Assembly (NCBI GenBank): GCA_038087875.1
Contig: CM075998.1
Coordinates: 5,396,001 to 5,460,000 of the forward strand
From: Malacoraja senta
Taxonomy: Eukaryota
Direction of reading: 5' to 3'
DNA: 64,000 bases
A program made the translations under genes and the position numbers. The notes below the pieces were generated by a model. It ran no database searches. It was given only the letters and a program-made list of their open reading frames with translations, and had not been told where the DNA came from. Positions within the stretch are counted from its first letter, which is position 1. The number at the start of each line of letters is the position of its first letter. Below are positions 50,160 through 61,852 of the stretch, in pieces.

Positions 50160-51200
50160 GTAGCGATGTTACAAAACTTACCTTCAGCAGCGCTGCAGTT
50201 CTGCCACTGGCCGTGTGCGCGACTTTGACGCCTTTGAGGGGGGCGGGATTAAAATGCCGTTTTCTCCTGCCTGTCGGAGGCGAACTTCCTCGGGCTGCTA
50301 GCTGCTGAAGAAAATCGACCGGACTTCTGTTCTCGATATGTTTAAAAAAAAAATTGCAGGACAATTTAATCGCTGGATTAAAATAAAAAGCTACTTCTAA
50401 CGCCGTCAACGCCTACAACGTGACAGGATATCAAGTAGGGGACAAAACACGTGGTAAGTCATGTATTTTACATATAAACTTGCTTCTTGGGATGACTTTA
50501 ATGCAAATTGACTTTGCGAAAAGGTGATTTTGGCCCCATACGAACCGGCAGTGTTTTTCCTGCCGATATGGGGTTCAAATTCACCGCAACCGCAACGTTC
50601 CAATCGATCGCGTTCCACAAAACCCACTCGCAAGATGATTTAAATGCCCATTAATTTACGGGAATTAAACATTAAATTCCTTCCATTTGGCCTATAAATT
50701 CATGACAATGAGATTTGAAAACCATGTTATATTGTGAATTCTTGTGTGAATGTTATTTGGACACTTCGGCTATTTAAAAATGTTAACCTTTTCTTAAGAA
50801 ATGGATAGATGTTTAGATCTAGTAATTGAATTTTGTAATTAGCTACAATTAGGCAACTAACTAATTATATGCTTTAATTTCAGGTCATCCAAGTAAGATT
50901 GCTTCATATTTGTTTCAGAATGCTTCAATCTATAATCACTGAAAATTTCATTCAGTTCTCTTATGTTTTAAGAAAGTTATGGGCTTTTGACTGTCCTCGA
51001 TCACAGCTTTTGTGTTGTCACTGGAAAAGCAATAGGGAACAAGATGCTAATTTCCGAGTATGAAAATGGCCACAACTTTTTAAATACTGAAGATATGAAA
51101 GTGAATTAGGTGTCAAATTAAACTTCTTTTTATGCTTTATCTGATGGGATAAAATTGCAGACTTGATTTTTTAAATCTCAAAATTTTGTAACATTGCTAC
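50160..51200. mobile_element. Non-autonomous DNA transposon, superfamily unresolved
   Basis: 17-bp TIRs GTAGCGATGTTACAAAA/TTTTGTAACATTGCTAC (1 mismatch); TCTAT directly repeated at 50155-50159 and 51201-51205. Confidence 0.8.
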
Positions 51201-51364
51201 TCTATGTCCCTCCCTCAAACTCTACACTCTGGCTTGTTTGAAGATTCCACTTTCCATCTCAACTGACCTTGCCCAAGTACCTATCACTCAGCCACTCTCT
51301 GAGCCAATCTACAATTACCCACAACCCAGGACTCTGAACTCCCTGTCGACATCGGGGGAGAAAC

Positions 51365-51679
51365 GGGCGGCACGGTGGCGCAGCGGTAGAGTTGCTGCCT
51401 CACAGCGCCAGAGACCCGGGTTCCATCCTGACTACGGGTGCTGTCTGTACGGAGTTTGTACCTTCTCCCCATGACCTGCGTGGGTTTTCTCCGGGTGCTC
51501 TGGTTTCCGCCCACACTCCAAAGACGTACAGGTTTGTAGGTTAATGGGCTTGGTGTAAATGTAAATTGTCCCTAGTGTGTGTAGGATAGTGTTAGTGTGC
51601 GGGGATCGCTGGTCGGCACGGACTCGATGGGCCTAAGGGCCTGTTTCCACGCTGTATCTCTAAACTAAACTAAACTAAA
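51365..51679 (+). mobile_element. V-SINE (HE1-like)
   Basis: Full-length copy. Confidence 0.87.
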
Positions 51680-52087
51680 CAGTGAGCAGCGATGTGGCAC
51701 AGGGCAGCTAGCGTAAGTGTACTCCAGCCCACAGGTGAAAGAACAGGATGGCATGAGGGGTCGGGGGAGGGAGTGGGGACACACTGCAATGCTGACCCTT
51801 GTACATGCAAGTGGCTGAGGACTTCTCCATTAAGTTGCCTTTTTGGCTGCACTGAGAATATTCCCACTGTGTGCATTGTTGAGCTGTTAAGATGCCGCAG
51901 GGTTTGCGAAAGGGAAGAGATGTAATCAGCAAGTTGTGAGCAAGGCTGCGAGATCGTTAATCTTTCGTCAGACGCTGTGCGGAGGTGACTTGAAAGCTGC
52001 TTCAGTTGATCTATAATTCAGAGAATGCCCCATCCTGGGTGAAAGGCTGGACCCTGTGATATCTGCCAAAGTGTGGCCTTTATCGGC

Positions 52088-52485
52088 ACTGGGCCTGTAC
52101 TCACTGGAATTTAGGACGAGGGGGTACCTCATTGAAACTTACCGAATAGTGATAGTGAAAGGGCTGGACAGAGTGGATGCGGAGAGGATGTTTCCACTTG
52201 TGGGAGAGTCTAGGACCAGAGGGCACCGCCTCAGAATTAAAGGAGATGAGGAAGAATTTCTTTAGTCAGAGGGTGGTGAATCTGTGGAATTCTTTGCTAC
52301 AGACGGCTGTGGAGGCCACAAGTCAGTGGATATTTTTAAGGAGGAGATTGATAGATTCTTGATTAGTGGGGAGAAGGCAGGAGAATGGGGTTGAGAGGGA
52401 GAGCCATGATTGAATGGCGGAGTCGATTTGATGGGCCGAATGGCCAAATTCTGCTCCTAGAACCTATGGACTTGTGAACTTATGA
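52088..52485 (+). mobile_element. CR1 3' fragment
   Basis: LGLYSLEFR...GLDRVDAERMFPLVGESRTRGH. Confidence 0.87.
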
Positions 52486-53125
52486 AGCATCAAGGCCATT
52501 CATCCCCTTGAGTCTCCTCTGCTGTTCCAGCTGCATCATAACTCGCTGCAGACACTGCAGGTCAGTTTAGTTTATCTCACCCAGCTCAACCTGGAGTAGC
52601 AACACAGGCAGCTTCTCCAGCCCAAAGCCAGGGGCAGAGCACCAGTAGTGGGCAGGGCTTTGCACCAGCTTCCCAGCACAGCAGTAGGGACAGGCAGCAA
52701 CTCTGGAGAGAGGGAATGGGTGACGTTTCGGGTCGAGTGGGTCCCGCTGAGTTCCTCCAGCATTTTGCGTCTATCTTCGGTTTAAACCAGCATCTGCAGT
52801 TCCTTCCTGCACAGCAGTGGGGGGAGCACCGTCGCTGCATAGCAGTTCTGTCAATCATCCATCTCCCTGTATATTATGCTATTTTGACCCCGATGACACC
52901 AATTCCATTTGCACTCTCGTTCCTACAAACACACAACCACAATGCTGAGTGAGCGACCAGTGCATATAAATACAATCCACATTTTTTTGTGATGTGTTAC
53001 TAACATTCCTCGTCCCAAATACTGATCTTGTAACTCCCCCTGAATTCCTTGAAATAGTTAAGAAACTCATGGGAAGGAGGCTTCTTTTTAAGCCTAACCC
53101 AAACATATCTTACAGAAACAGACCG

Positions 53126-53500
53126 TATAACATTCTTAAGGAATTTGACTGGTTAGATGCAGGATAAATGCTCCCGATGTTGGGGGAGTTCAGAACCAGG
53201 GGCCACACAGTTTAAGAATAAGGGGTTGGCCAGTTAAGACTGAGATGGGGAAAAAACATTTCACCCAGAGAGTTATGAATCTGTGGAATTCTCTGCCACA
53301 GAAGGCAGTGGAGGCCAATTCACTGGATGTATTCAAGAGCGAGTTAGATTTAGCTCTTAGGGATAATGGAATCAAGGGATATGAGGAGAAAGCAGGAACG
53401 GGGTACTGATTCTGGATGATCAGCCATGATCATATTGAATGGCGGTGCTGGCTCAAAAGGCCGAATGGCCTATTCCTGCACCTATTTTCTAGGTTTCTAT
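53126..53500 (+). mobile_element. CR1 3' fragment
   Basis: Matches 20465-20835. Confidence 0.87.
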
Positions 53501-53513
53501 ATGAAATACACCA

Positions 53514-53800
53514 TGTCTTGGGTAGTTTATACCCCAGCGGTATGAACATTGACTTCTCCAATTTCAGGTAGTCCTTGCTTTCTCCCTCCTTCCCCTCCCC
53601 TTCCCAGCTCTCCCGCAGCCTACTGTCTCCGCCTCTTCCTTTCATTTTCCCGCCCCCCCCTCCCAACATCAGTCTGAAGAAGGGTCTCGACCCGAAACGT
53701 TACCTATTCCTTCGCTCCATAGATGCTGCCTCACCCGCTGAGTTTCTCCAGCATTTTTGCCTACCTTCGATTTTTCCAGCATCTGCAGTTCTTTCTTAAA
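53514..53800 (+). mobile_element. Penelope-like element 3' end
   Basis: LGSLYPSGMNIDFSNFR* (end of the GIY-YIG-bearing ORF), pyrimidine-rich UTR, terminal repeat. Confidence 0.8.
53667..53728 (+). ncRNA. Minimal type I hammerhead ribozyme motif (PLE-associated)
   Basis: CUGAAGA-A-GGGU(CUCG)ACCC-GAAAC-GUU: conserved core, stem II hairpin, palindromic ACGU stem III. Confidence 0.7.
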
Positions 53801-54359
53801 CTCCTTGGATCTGTGATATGGACAACAAGGGAATGGCAATTGTTTTAAGAATGGATGCGATAGCCTTACTACAGATTATTGGCAGTGAACTCAAGGGTGA
53901 GCTTCAGTATGTTGTCTGACTGTGTATTGTTCATTTTCTATATGTGCATGCAAATGTTTTACTTTTACAAGAATAAAAAAGAAAGATGCTTCCTACGTCC
54001 TACATTTGCAGAGAAGGGAATATATGCACTTAGCTCCAGATACAGGAATAACTATGTACAGGGATTACACAGCTGTTTGACAACTCACAAATTTTACTGT
54101 TTGAAACAGGAAAACAAAATGCTAAATCAAGGTTTAAACGTTTTAGTTTAGTTTAGAGATACAACACGGCAATGGGCCCTTCAGCCCACCGAGTCCTCGT
54201 CGACCAGCAATCCCCGCACACTAACACTATAAGAATGTAGGGAGTGTAGAAAGTGGGATAACATAGAATTGGTGGTCGGTGGTCAGTATGGACTTGGTGG
54301 GCTGAAAGGTCTGATTCCGCGCTGCATCTTTTGATCAATCAATTCCCAGTCTGAAAAAG

Positions 54360-54645
54360 GACACAAATTGCTGGAGTAACTCAGCGGGTCAGGCAGCATC
54401 TGTGGAGAACATGGATAGGTGACGTTTCACAGAGTGCTGGAGAAACTCAGCGGGTCAGGCAGCATCTGTGGAGAACATGGATAGGTGACGTTTCACAGAG
54501 TGCTGGAGTAACTCAGCGGGTCAGGCAGCATCTGTGGAGAACATGGATAGGTGACGTTTCACAGAGTGCTGGAGTAACTCAGCGGGTCAGGCAGCATCTG
54601 TGGAGAACATGGATAGGTGACGTTTCAGGTCGAGACCCTTCTTCA
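54360..54645 (-). repeat. 66-bp array (4 units)
   Basis: GACGTTTC at 54421, 54487, 54553, 54619; head GTCGAGACCCTTCTTCA. Confidence 0.9.
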
Positions 54646-54673
54646 CAGGGTGAGCCAGCATTAAATTGCAAAT

Positions 54674-54958
54674 TTAGTTTAGTTTAGAGATAACATGCGG
54701 GTTAATAGGCCCTTCGGCCCATCAAGTCTGTGCTGACTAGCCATCCCGCACACTAACACCATCCTACACACACTAGGGACAATTTACAATTTTTACCAAA
54801 GAAAATTAGCATTCAAACCTGTACGTCTTTGGAGTGTGGGAGGAAACCGGAGCACCCGGAGAAAGCCCACGCAGGTCACGGGGAGAACGTACAAACTCCG
54901 TACAGACAGCACCCGTAGTCAGGATGGAACCCGGGTCCATCCTGTGAGGCAGCGACTA
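54674..54958 (-). mobile_element. V-SINE (HE1-like)
   Basis: Reverse-complement SINE with rearranged head. Confidence 0.82.
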
Positions 54959-55054
54959 TAGATATTTTTGTGTCAAAGTATACAGGCATAGATGTGTATG
55001 ATGCAGATACGATGACAGTTCTTCGACCCTCTTAATACCATCTTTCAATATTTA

Positions 55055-55671
55055 TAGACAATAGACAATAGGTGCAGGAGGAGGCCATTCGGCCCCTCGA
55101 GCCTGCACCGCCATTCAATGTGTTCATGGCTGATCATCCCCAATCAGTACCCCGTTCCTGCCTTCTCCCCACATCCCCTGACTCCGCTATCTTTAAGAGC
55201 CCTATCTAGCTCTCTCTTGAAAGCATCCAGAGAACCGGCCTCCACCGCCCTCTGAGGCAGAGAATTCCACAGACTCACAACCCTCTGTGTGAAAACGTTT
55301 TCCTCATCTCTGTTCTAAATGGCTTACCCTTTATTCTTAAACTGTGTGTGGCCCCTGGTTCTGGACTCCCCCAACATCGGGAACATGTTTCCTGCCTCCA
55401 GCATGTCCAAACCCTCAATAATCTTATATGTTTCAATAAGATTCCCTCTCATCCTTCTAAATTCCAAAGTATACAAGCCCAGCTGCTCCATTCTATCAAC
55501 ATATGATAGTCCCACCATCCCGGGAATTAACCTGGCGAACCTACGCTGCACTCCCTCAATAGCAAGAATGTCCTTCCTCAAATTAGGGGACCAAAACTGC
55601 ACACAATACTCCAGGTATGGTCTCACTAGGGCCCTGTACAACTGCAGAAGGACCTCTTTGCTCCTATACTC
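55055..55671 (-). mobile_element. CR1 3' fragment (resumes at ~56628-56675)
   Basis: ORF 55324-55641 LVRPYLEYCVQFWSP; (AGACAAT)n tail. Confidence 0.9.
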
Positions 55672-56600
55672 TTAGTAATAGTAGCAATAGTAATTTTATT
55701 GTCAATTCACATAATGTAACGAGTAGTTACACAGAGGATTGAAATTGCGTTTCCCCATACTCCAATGTGCAAATAATATTTATAAACAGACAGACAGTGT
55801 ACCAATAAAAGTAGACAATGGACATATACATTATATAAAATATTCATTAATAAAAGGTGCAATATAGCATACTGTGCAAGTAGCATACTGCAGACATGAA
55901 GTTAATTTGACAGTCAGTTGGTCTTTGTGTAATGTTCATGGAATTTTCTTGAGTGTGTTGAGTAGTCTGATGGCCTGAGGGAAAAAGCTGTTTTTGAATC
56001 TGGTGGTTTTGCTCCGCATGCTGCGGTAGCGCTTGCCGGATGGTAGGAGGGTGAACAGTTTGTGTGCTGGGTGGGTGGTGTCTTTGATGATGTTAGTTGC
56101 TCTCTTGCGACAGCGAGATGGATATAAGTCTTGAATTGCTGGTTGGGGTGATCTAGTGATCTTCTCCGCTGTCCTCACCACTCTCTGTAGGGCCTTCTGG
56201 TCAGCAGCAGAACAACTGCCATACCAGACTGAGAGACTGCTGGTAAGAATGCTCTCAATGGCACCCCTGTAAAAAGTTGTGAGAGCAGAAACATAGAAAC
56301 ATAGAAACATAGAAATTAGGTGCAGGAGTAGGCCATTCGGCCCTTCGAGCCTGCACCGCCATTCAATATGATCATGGCTGATCATCCAACAGAAGGGGGG
56401 AGGTCGGCTCTCCTCATCCGTCGAAGGAAGTGGAGACGTTGCTGTGCTTTCTTGACTAGGGAGATGGTGTTGGTGGACCATGTCTGATCATCTGTGATGT
56501 GTACTCCCAGGAACTTGGTGCTTTTCACAGACTCCACTGCACTGCCATTTATGGTGAGTGGGGTGTGTGCTGCCTGTTTCTTCCTGGTCCACAGTTATTT
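55672..56600 (-). mobile_element. Rex1/Babar-like LINE 3' part with a CR1 tail inserted at 56288-56388
   Basis: FYRGAIESILTSSLSVWYG...LLPSGKRYRS...RFKNSFFPQAIRLLN. Confidence 0.87.
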
Positions 56601-57127
56601 CTTTTGTTAGGAGTTTCTTGTTAGGAGTTCTCTTGTTATGAAGGCCAACATGCCATTTGCTTTCTTCACTGCCTGTTTTGGGTCAAGACCCTTCTTCAGT
56701 CCTGTTTTTCCAGTCTGAAAAAGGCTGCCGACCCGAAGCATCACCTATCCATGTTCTCTAGAGATGCTGCCTGACCCGCTGAGTTACTCCAGCACTTTGT
56801 GATTACCTATGGTGTAAACCAGCATCTGCAGTTCCTTTTTATCACATTTGATTTGATACATATGTATATTCTTTATTTTAGACAGATGTCTGCTCAGAGT
56901 AGTGCTTACACTGTCATTTTCTACCTGTAAATAAACTTACCTTCATAAAAAAAGTGTACATGGGTCGGCAGGGCCAAGTTGGGCCGCAGGGCCTGTTTCA
57001 GAGAATCAAGAGAGTTTCACTGTCACATGTCCCAGATAGAACAGTGACATTCTAACTTGCAGCAGCATAACACAATGTGGAAATATAGCTCACTGTAAAC
57101 AATATGATCAATGAGAAAAAACGTTCA

Positions 57128-57890
57128 GTGTGTGTGTATATACACATACACACAAATACACACATATACATATACATACACACATATACATACACACATA
57201 CACATACACACATACACACATATACATACACACATATACATACACACATATACATACACACATATACATACACACATACACATACACACATATACATACA
57301 CACATATACATACACACATATACATACACACATATACATACACACATATACATACACACATATACATACACACATATGCATACACACATATGCATATACA
57401 CATACACACATATACATACACACATACACATACACACATATACATACACACATATACATACACACATATACATACACACATATGCATACACACATATGCA
57501 TACACACATATGCATACACACATATGCATATACACATACACACATATACATACACACATATACATACACACATATACATACACACATATACATACACACA
57601 TACACATACACACATACACACATATACATACACACATATACATACACACATATACATACACACATATACATACACACATATACATACACACATATACATA
57701 CACACATATGCATACACACATATGCATACACACATACGCATACACACATACGCATACACACATACGCATACACACATACGCATACACACATACGCATACA
57801 CACATACACATACACACATATACATACACACATATACATACACACATATACATATACACATATACATACACACGTATACATACATATATA
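57128..57890. repeat. (CATATACATACA)n microsatellite inside a LINE 3' tail (57001-57128)
   Basis: 12-bp periodicity; flank is the reverse complement of the tail at 14585-14700 plus 18175-18195. Confidence 0.92.
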
Positions 57891-58397
57891 ATTTTGGAAG
57901 TCACTCAGCAGGACAGGCAGCATCTCTGGAGAGAAGGAATGGGTGACGTTTTGGGTCGAGACCCTTCTTCAGATTGAGGGTCAGGGGAAAGGCCCATTCC
58001 TTCTCTCCAGAGATGCTGCCTGACCCGCTGAGTTACTCCAGCATTTTGTGTCTATCTTTGGAAATACGTTGTACCACAAACCCTGATACAAATCAGAAAC
58101 GTTTCTTCAAACCAATGGACGAAACAGAGCAAGATTATAATTATTAATTCAATTATTAATAGGTGCAAATATTACAAAATATATTTATTGTACAAAATAC
58201 TACAAAATATAATATTAAAATATTAATACAAATGCACTATATTTCCCCACAGTATTGTCCTTAATTGTCACAAAATTAATTCTAACTACAGTGCTCGAAT
58301 TTAATTTTCGAGTTTGCGCAAACTCTGCCCTTTCTGCCAGAGGGCACCCTTACTTTCATCTGTCAGGATGTTGAGTGTAAAAATTGGTAGGTCATGT

Positions 58398-58890
58398 GTC
58401 GGAAGGAACTGCAGATGCTGGTTTAAACCGAAGATTTGGATGAGAACATACAGGGCAAGATTAGCAAGTTTGCTGATGATACAAAAGTGGGTGGTTTTGC
58501 AGATAGTGAAGATGGTTGTGAACGATTGCAGCAGGATCTGGATCGATTGGCCAGGTGGGCGGAGGAATGGTTGATGGAATTTAATACAGAGAAGTGTGAG
58601 ATGTTGCATTTTGGGACGTCGAACAAGGGCAGGACCTACACAGTAAATGGTAGGCCTCTGGGTAGTGTTGTAGAGCAGAGGGATCTAGGAGTACAGGTGC
58701 ATGGTTCCTTGAAGGTGGAGTCGCAGGTAGATAAGGTGGTCAAAAAGGCTTTTGGCACTTTGGCCTTCATCAGTCAGAGTATTGAGTATAGACGTTGGGA
58801 GGTCATGTTGCAGTTGTATAAGACGTTGGTGAGACAGCATTTTGTGTCTATCTTCGGTTTAAACCAGCGTCTGCAATTCCTTCCTGCAAC
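58398..58890. mobile_element. PLE inverted arms enclosing an internal CR1 RT fragment
   Basis: Arms 58398-58435 and 58836-58890; CR1 58433-58835 (ISKFADDTK) has no 3' tail. Confidence 0.8.
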
Positions 58891-59614
58891 GTGTTAGTTT
58901 GTTGACTCCACTTGCAGTGAGGGGATTCGCTGCCAGGTGGTGCTGTTATCCCTTTCACTGGTATCACACCCTAAATATCGTCTGGACAGGTTTTCTGGAA
59001 AGCGTTTGTGCGGGACAATGTGTGGTGGAAGATAAAGTAACGTTGTCCTTGTGATCAGTGACGGGTTTTCTCTGAAACGCTCTATTAACTCGCGGCACGT
59101 CAGATTTGTCGAGCAAAATCACAGCGCTTGGGATGAGCCACCGTTAAGATTGAATCGACCACATTTTCCAGTACAAAAAATATTCACAAATGACCAAGCA
59201 TGTCACAAGAGCGAATTGTTCCATAGAAGCAAAGTAATTCAAAATAAAACAGGGCGCTGTGGTAGAGTTGCTGCCTCACAGCGCCAGAGACCCCAGTTCT
59301 ATCCTGTGCGGGGATCGCTGGTCGACGTGGACCCGGTGGGCCGAAGGGCCTGTTTCCGCGCTGTATCTCTAAACTAAACTAAAAGGTAGAAAATTAAAAA
59401 TACAATAAAAGCAAAATAATACTGCAAATAAATAAAGCTGCTCAGGGCAGCAAGTGCGAAAGTTTCAGGCTCATGTGCTGGGCTACTGGATTTTCATGGG
59501 AGACCTGTTAGGTTTTCTTCCTAATTCGGTTAGAGCTTCACTCCCTACAGTTGGAGATGCAAGAAACACGGCCCTGTGTGGGTGAAAGGTCAACGAGAGG
59601 TGGGTTGTTCTCAC

Positions 59615-59930
59615 ATAGAGTAATACAGTGTGGAAACAGGCCCTTCGGCCCAACTTGCTCACAACTTGCTCACATCTACCCTAGTCCCACCTGCCTGCAT
59701 TTGGTCCATATCCCTCCAAACCTCTCCTATTCATGTCCCTGTCTAACTGTTTCTTAAATGTTGGGAGAGTCCCAGCCTCAACTACCTCCTCTGGCAGCTC
59801 GTTCCATACACCCACCACCCTTTGTGTGAAAAAGTTACCCCTCGGATTCCAATTAAATCTTTTCCCCTTCACCTTGAACCTATGTCCTCTGGTCCTCGAT
59901 TCCCCTACTCTGGGCAAGAGACTCTGTGCT
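59615..59930 (-). mobile_element. CR1 3' fragment
   Basis: ORF 59681-59917. Confidence 0.88.
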
Positions 59931-60010
59931 CACATGAGCACTCTGCATTTCTTGCCAGAATCTGGGAGCAAAGCTTCCAAGTTTGGTTTCAGTTCCTGAG
60001 AGGTCACAGT

Positions 60011-60605
60011 GTGCTGGAGTAACTCAGCGGGTCAGGCAGCATCTGTGGAGAACATGGATAGGTGACGTTTCACAGAGTGCTGGAGTAACTCAGCGGGTCA
60101 GGCAGCATCTGTGGAGAACATGGATAGGTGACGTTTCACAGAGTGCTGGAGTAACTCAGCGGGTCAGGCAGCATCTGTGGAGAACATGGATAGGTGACGT
60201 TTCACAGAGTGCTGGAGTAACTCAGCGGGTCAGGCAGCATCTGTGGAGAACATGGATAGGTGACGTTTCACAGAGTGCTGGAGTAACTCAGCGGGTCAGG
60301 CAGCATCTGTGGAGAACACCGATGGCTGATATTTCTGGTCGGGACACTTCTTCAGACTGATTGTAGGGGGGAGAAGAAAGGAGGAAAAGGGGAGATGCTG
60401 GACAAAGCATGGTAGACTGTAGGTCGACTCGGGCAGGGGGGGGGGGGGGGTTTATAGACAGATGGTTGGAACAAAGGCCAAAGAAAGGCAGGAGGGTGTG
60501 AGGCAGGTTAGAAGTGTTGTGGATTGTAAAGCCAGAGAAAGCCAGAGGAAATTGGCAGTGTGGGGGGGATGAGTGGAAGGGAGAAATGGGAGTCCAGGTG
60601 GGACA
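60011..60605 (-). repeat. 66-bp array (~4.5 units) attached to diverged PLE UTR
   Basis: GACGTTTC at 60064, 60130, 60196, 60262; decayed head at ~60330-60358. Confidence 0.88.
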
Positions 60606-60609
60606 CAGG

Positions 60610-61852
60610 TTCAGTTGAGTTTATTGTCACGAGTACCAAGGTACAGTGAAAAGCTTTTGTTGCGTGCTATCCAGTCAGCAGAAAGACAATACATACTGTA
60701 ATTACAATCGAGCCACCCACAGTGTACAGATAACATGATAAGGGAATAATGTTTAGTGCAAGATAAAGCCAGCAAAGTCCAATCAAGGATAATAATAATA
60801 ATAATAGATTTTATTTATATAGCGCTTTTCAAGGACTCAAAGTCGCTTTACAATTGAGAGTCAGGAATAAACAAAACAAAATAGAGCAGTAAGACAGAGA
60901 TGCAAAGGGGAGGGGAACATGGTACTAAGGGTATGCAGAGGTGAAGAGATGGGTCTTGAGGCGGGACTGGAAGATGGTGAGGGACTCAGAATTTCGGATC
61001 AGTTGTGGGAGGGAATTCCAGAGCCTGGGAGCTGCCCTGGAGAAGACTCTGCCTCCAAAGGTGCAGAGGTTTGATTTCGGAGTGGAGAGGAGACCAGCTG
61101 ATGTGGATCTGAGGGACCATGAGGGTTGGTAGGGGGAGAGGAGGTCAATGAGATAAGGGGGGGGGGCAAGTGGTTGAGGGCTTTGTAGGTGAGGACCAGG
61201 ATTTTGTAGATGATCCGGTGGGAAATGGGAAGCCAGTGAAGTTCTTTGAGAACTGGGGTGATGTGGTGCCAGGATTTGGTGTGGGTAATGAGTCGGGCGG
61301 CAGCGTTCTGGGCCAGTTGGAGTTGGTTGATGTTGCTGGAATTGATGCCAAAGAGAAGAGAGTTACAGTAGTCCAGTCGGGAGGAGATGAAGGCATGGAT
61401 GGGTCTTTCAGCAGTGGGGGGTGTGAGAGAGGATCTGATTTTGGCAATGTTGCGGAGGGTCTCCAATGAGGTAGATAGTAGCTCAGCACTGCTCTCTGGT
61501 TGTGATAGGATGGTTCAGTTGCCTGATAACAGCCGGGTTGAAACTGTCCTTGAATCTGGAGGTGTGCGTTTTCACACTTCTGTATCTCTTGCCCGATGGG
61601 AGAGGGGAGAAGAGGGAGTGGCCGGGGGTGAGACTGGTCCTTGATGATGCTGCTGGCCTTGCTGAGGCAGCGTGAGGTGTAGATGGAGTCGATGGAAGTA
61701 AGGGAGGTTGGTTTGTGTGTGACGGTCTGGGCTGCGTCCACAACTCTCTGCGATTTCTTGCGTTCTTGGATGGAGCTGTTCCCAAACCGTGCTGAGATGC
61801 ATCCCGATGAAATGCTTTCCGCGGCGCATCTGTAGAAGTTGGGGAGAGTTGC
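60610..61852 (-). mobile_element. Rex1/Babar-like LINE 3' part split by an L2
   Basis: Matches 42120-42700; FYRCAAESISSGCISARFG. Confidence 0.82.
60789..61458 (-). mobile_element. L2-clade LINE 3' fragment
   Basis: IHAFISSRLDYCNSLL...QNAAARL...HITPVLKELHWLPI...YKILVLTYKAL; (ATT)n tail. Confidence 0.88.

Noticed and set aside
57052..57977. 250-290 aa ORFs in all six frames
   Set aside because: Translations of the CATATACATACA microsatellite.
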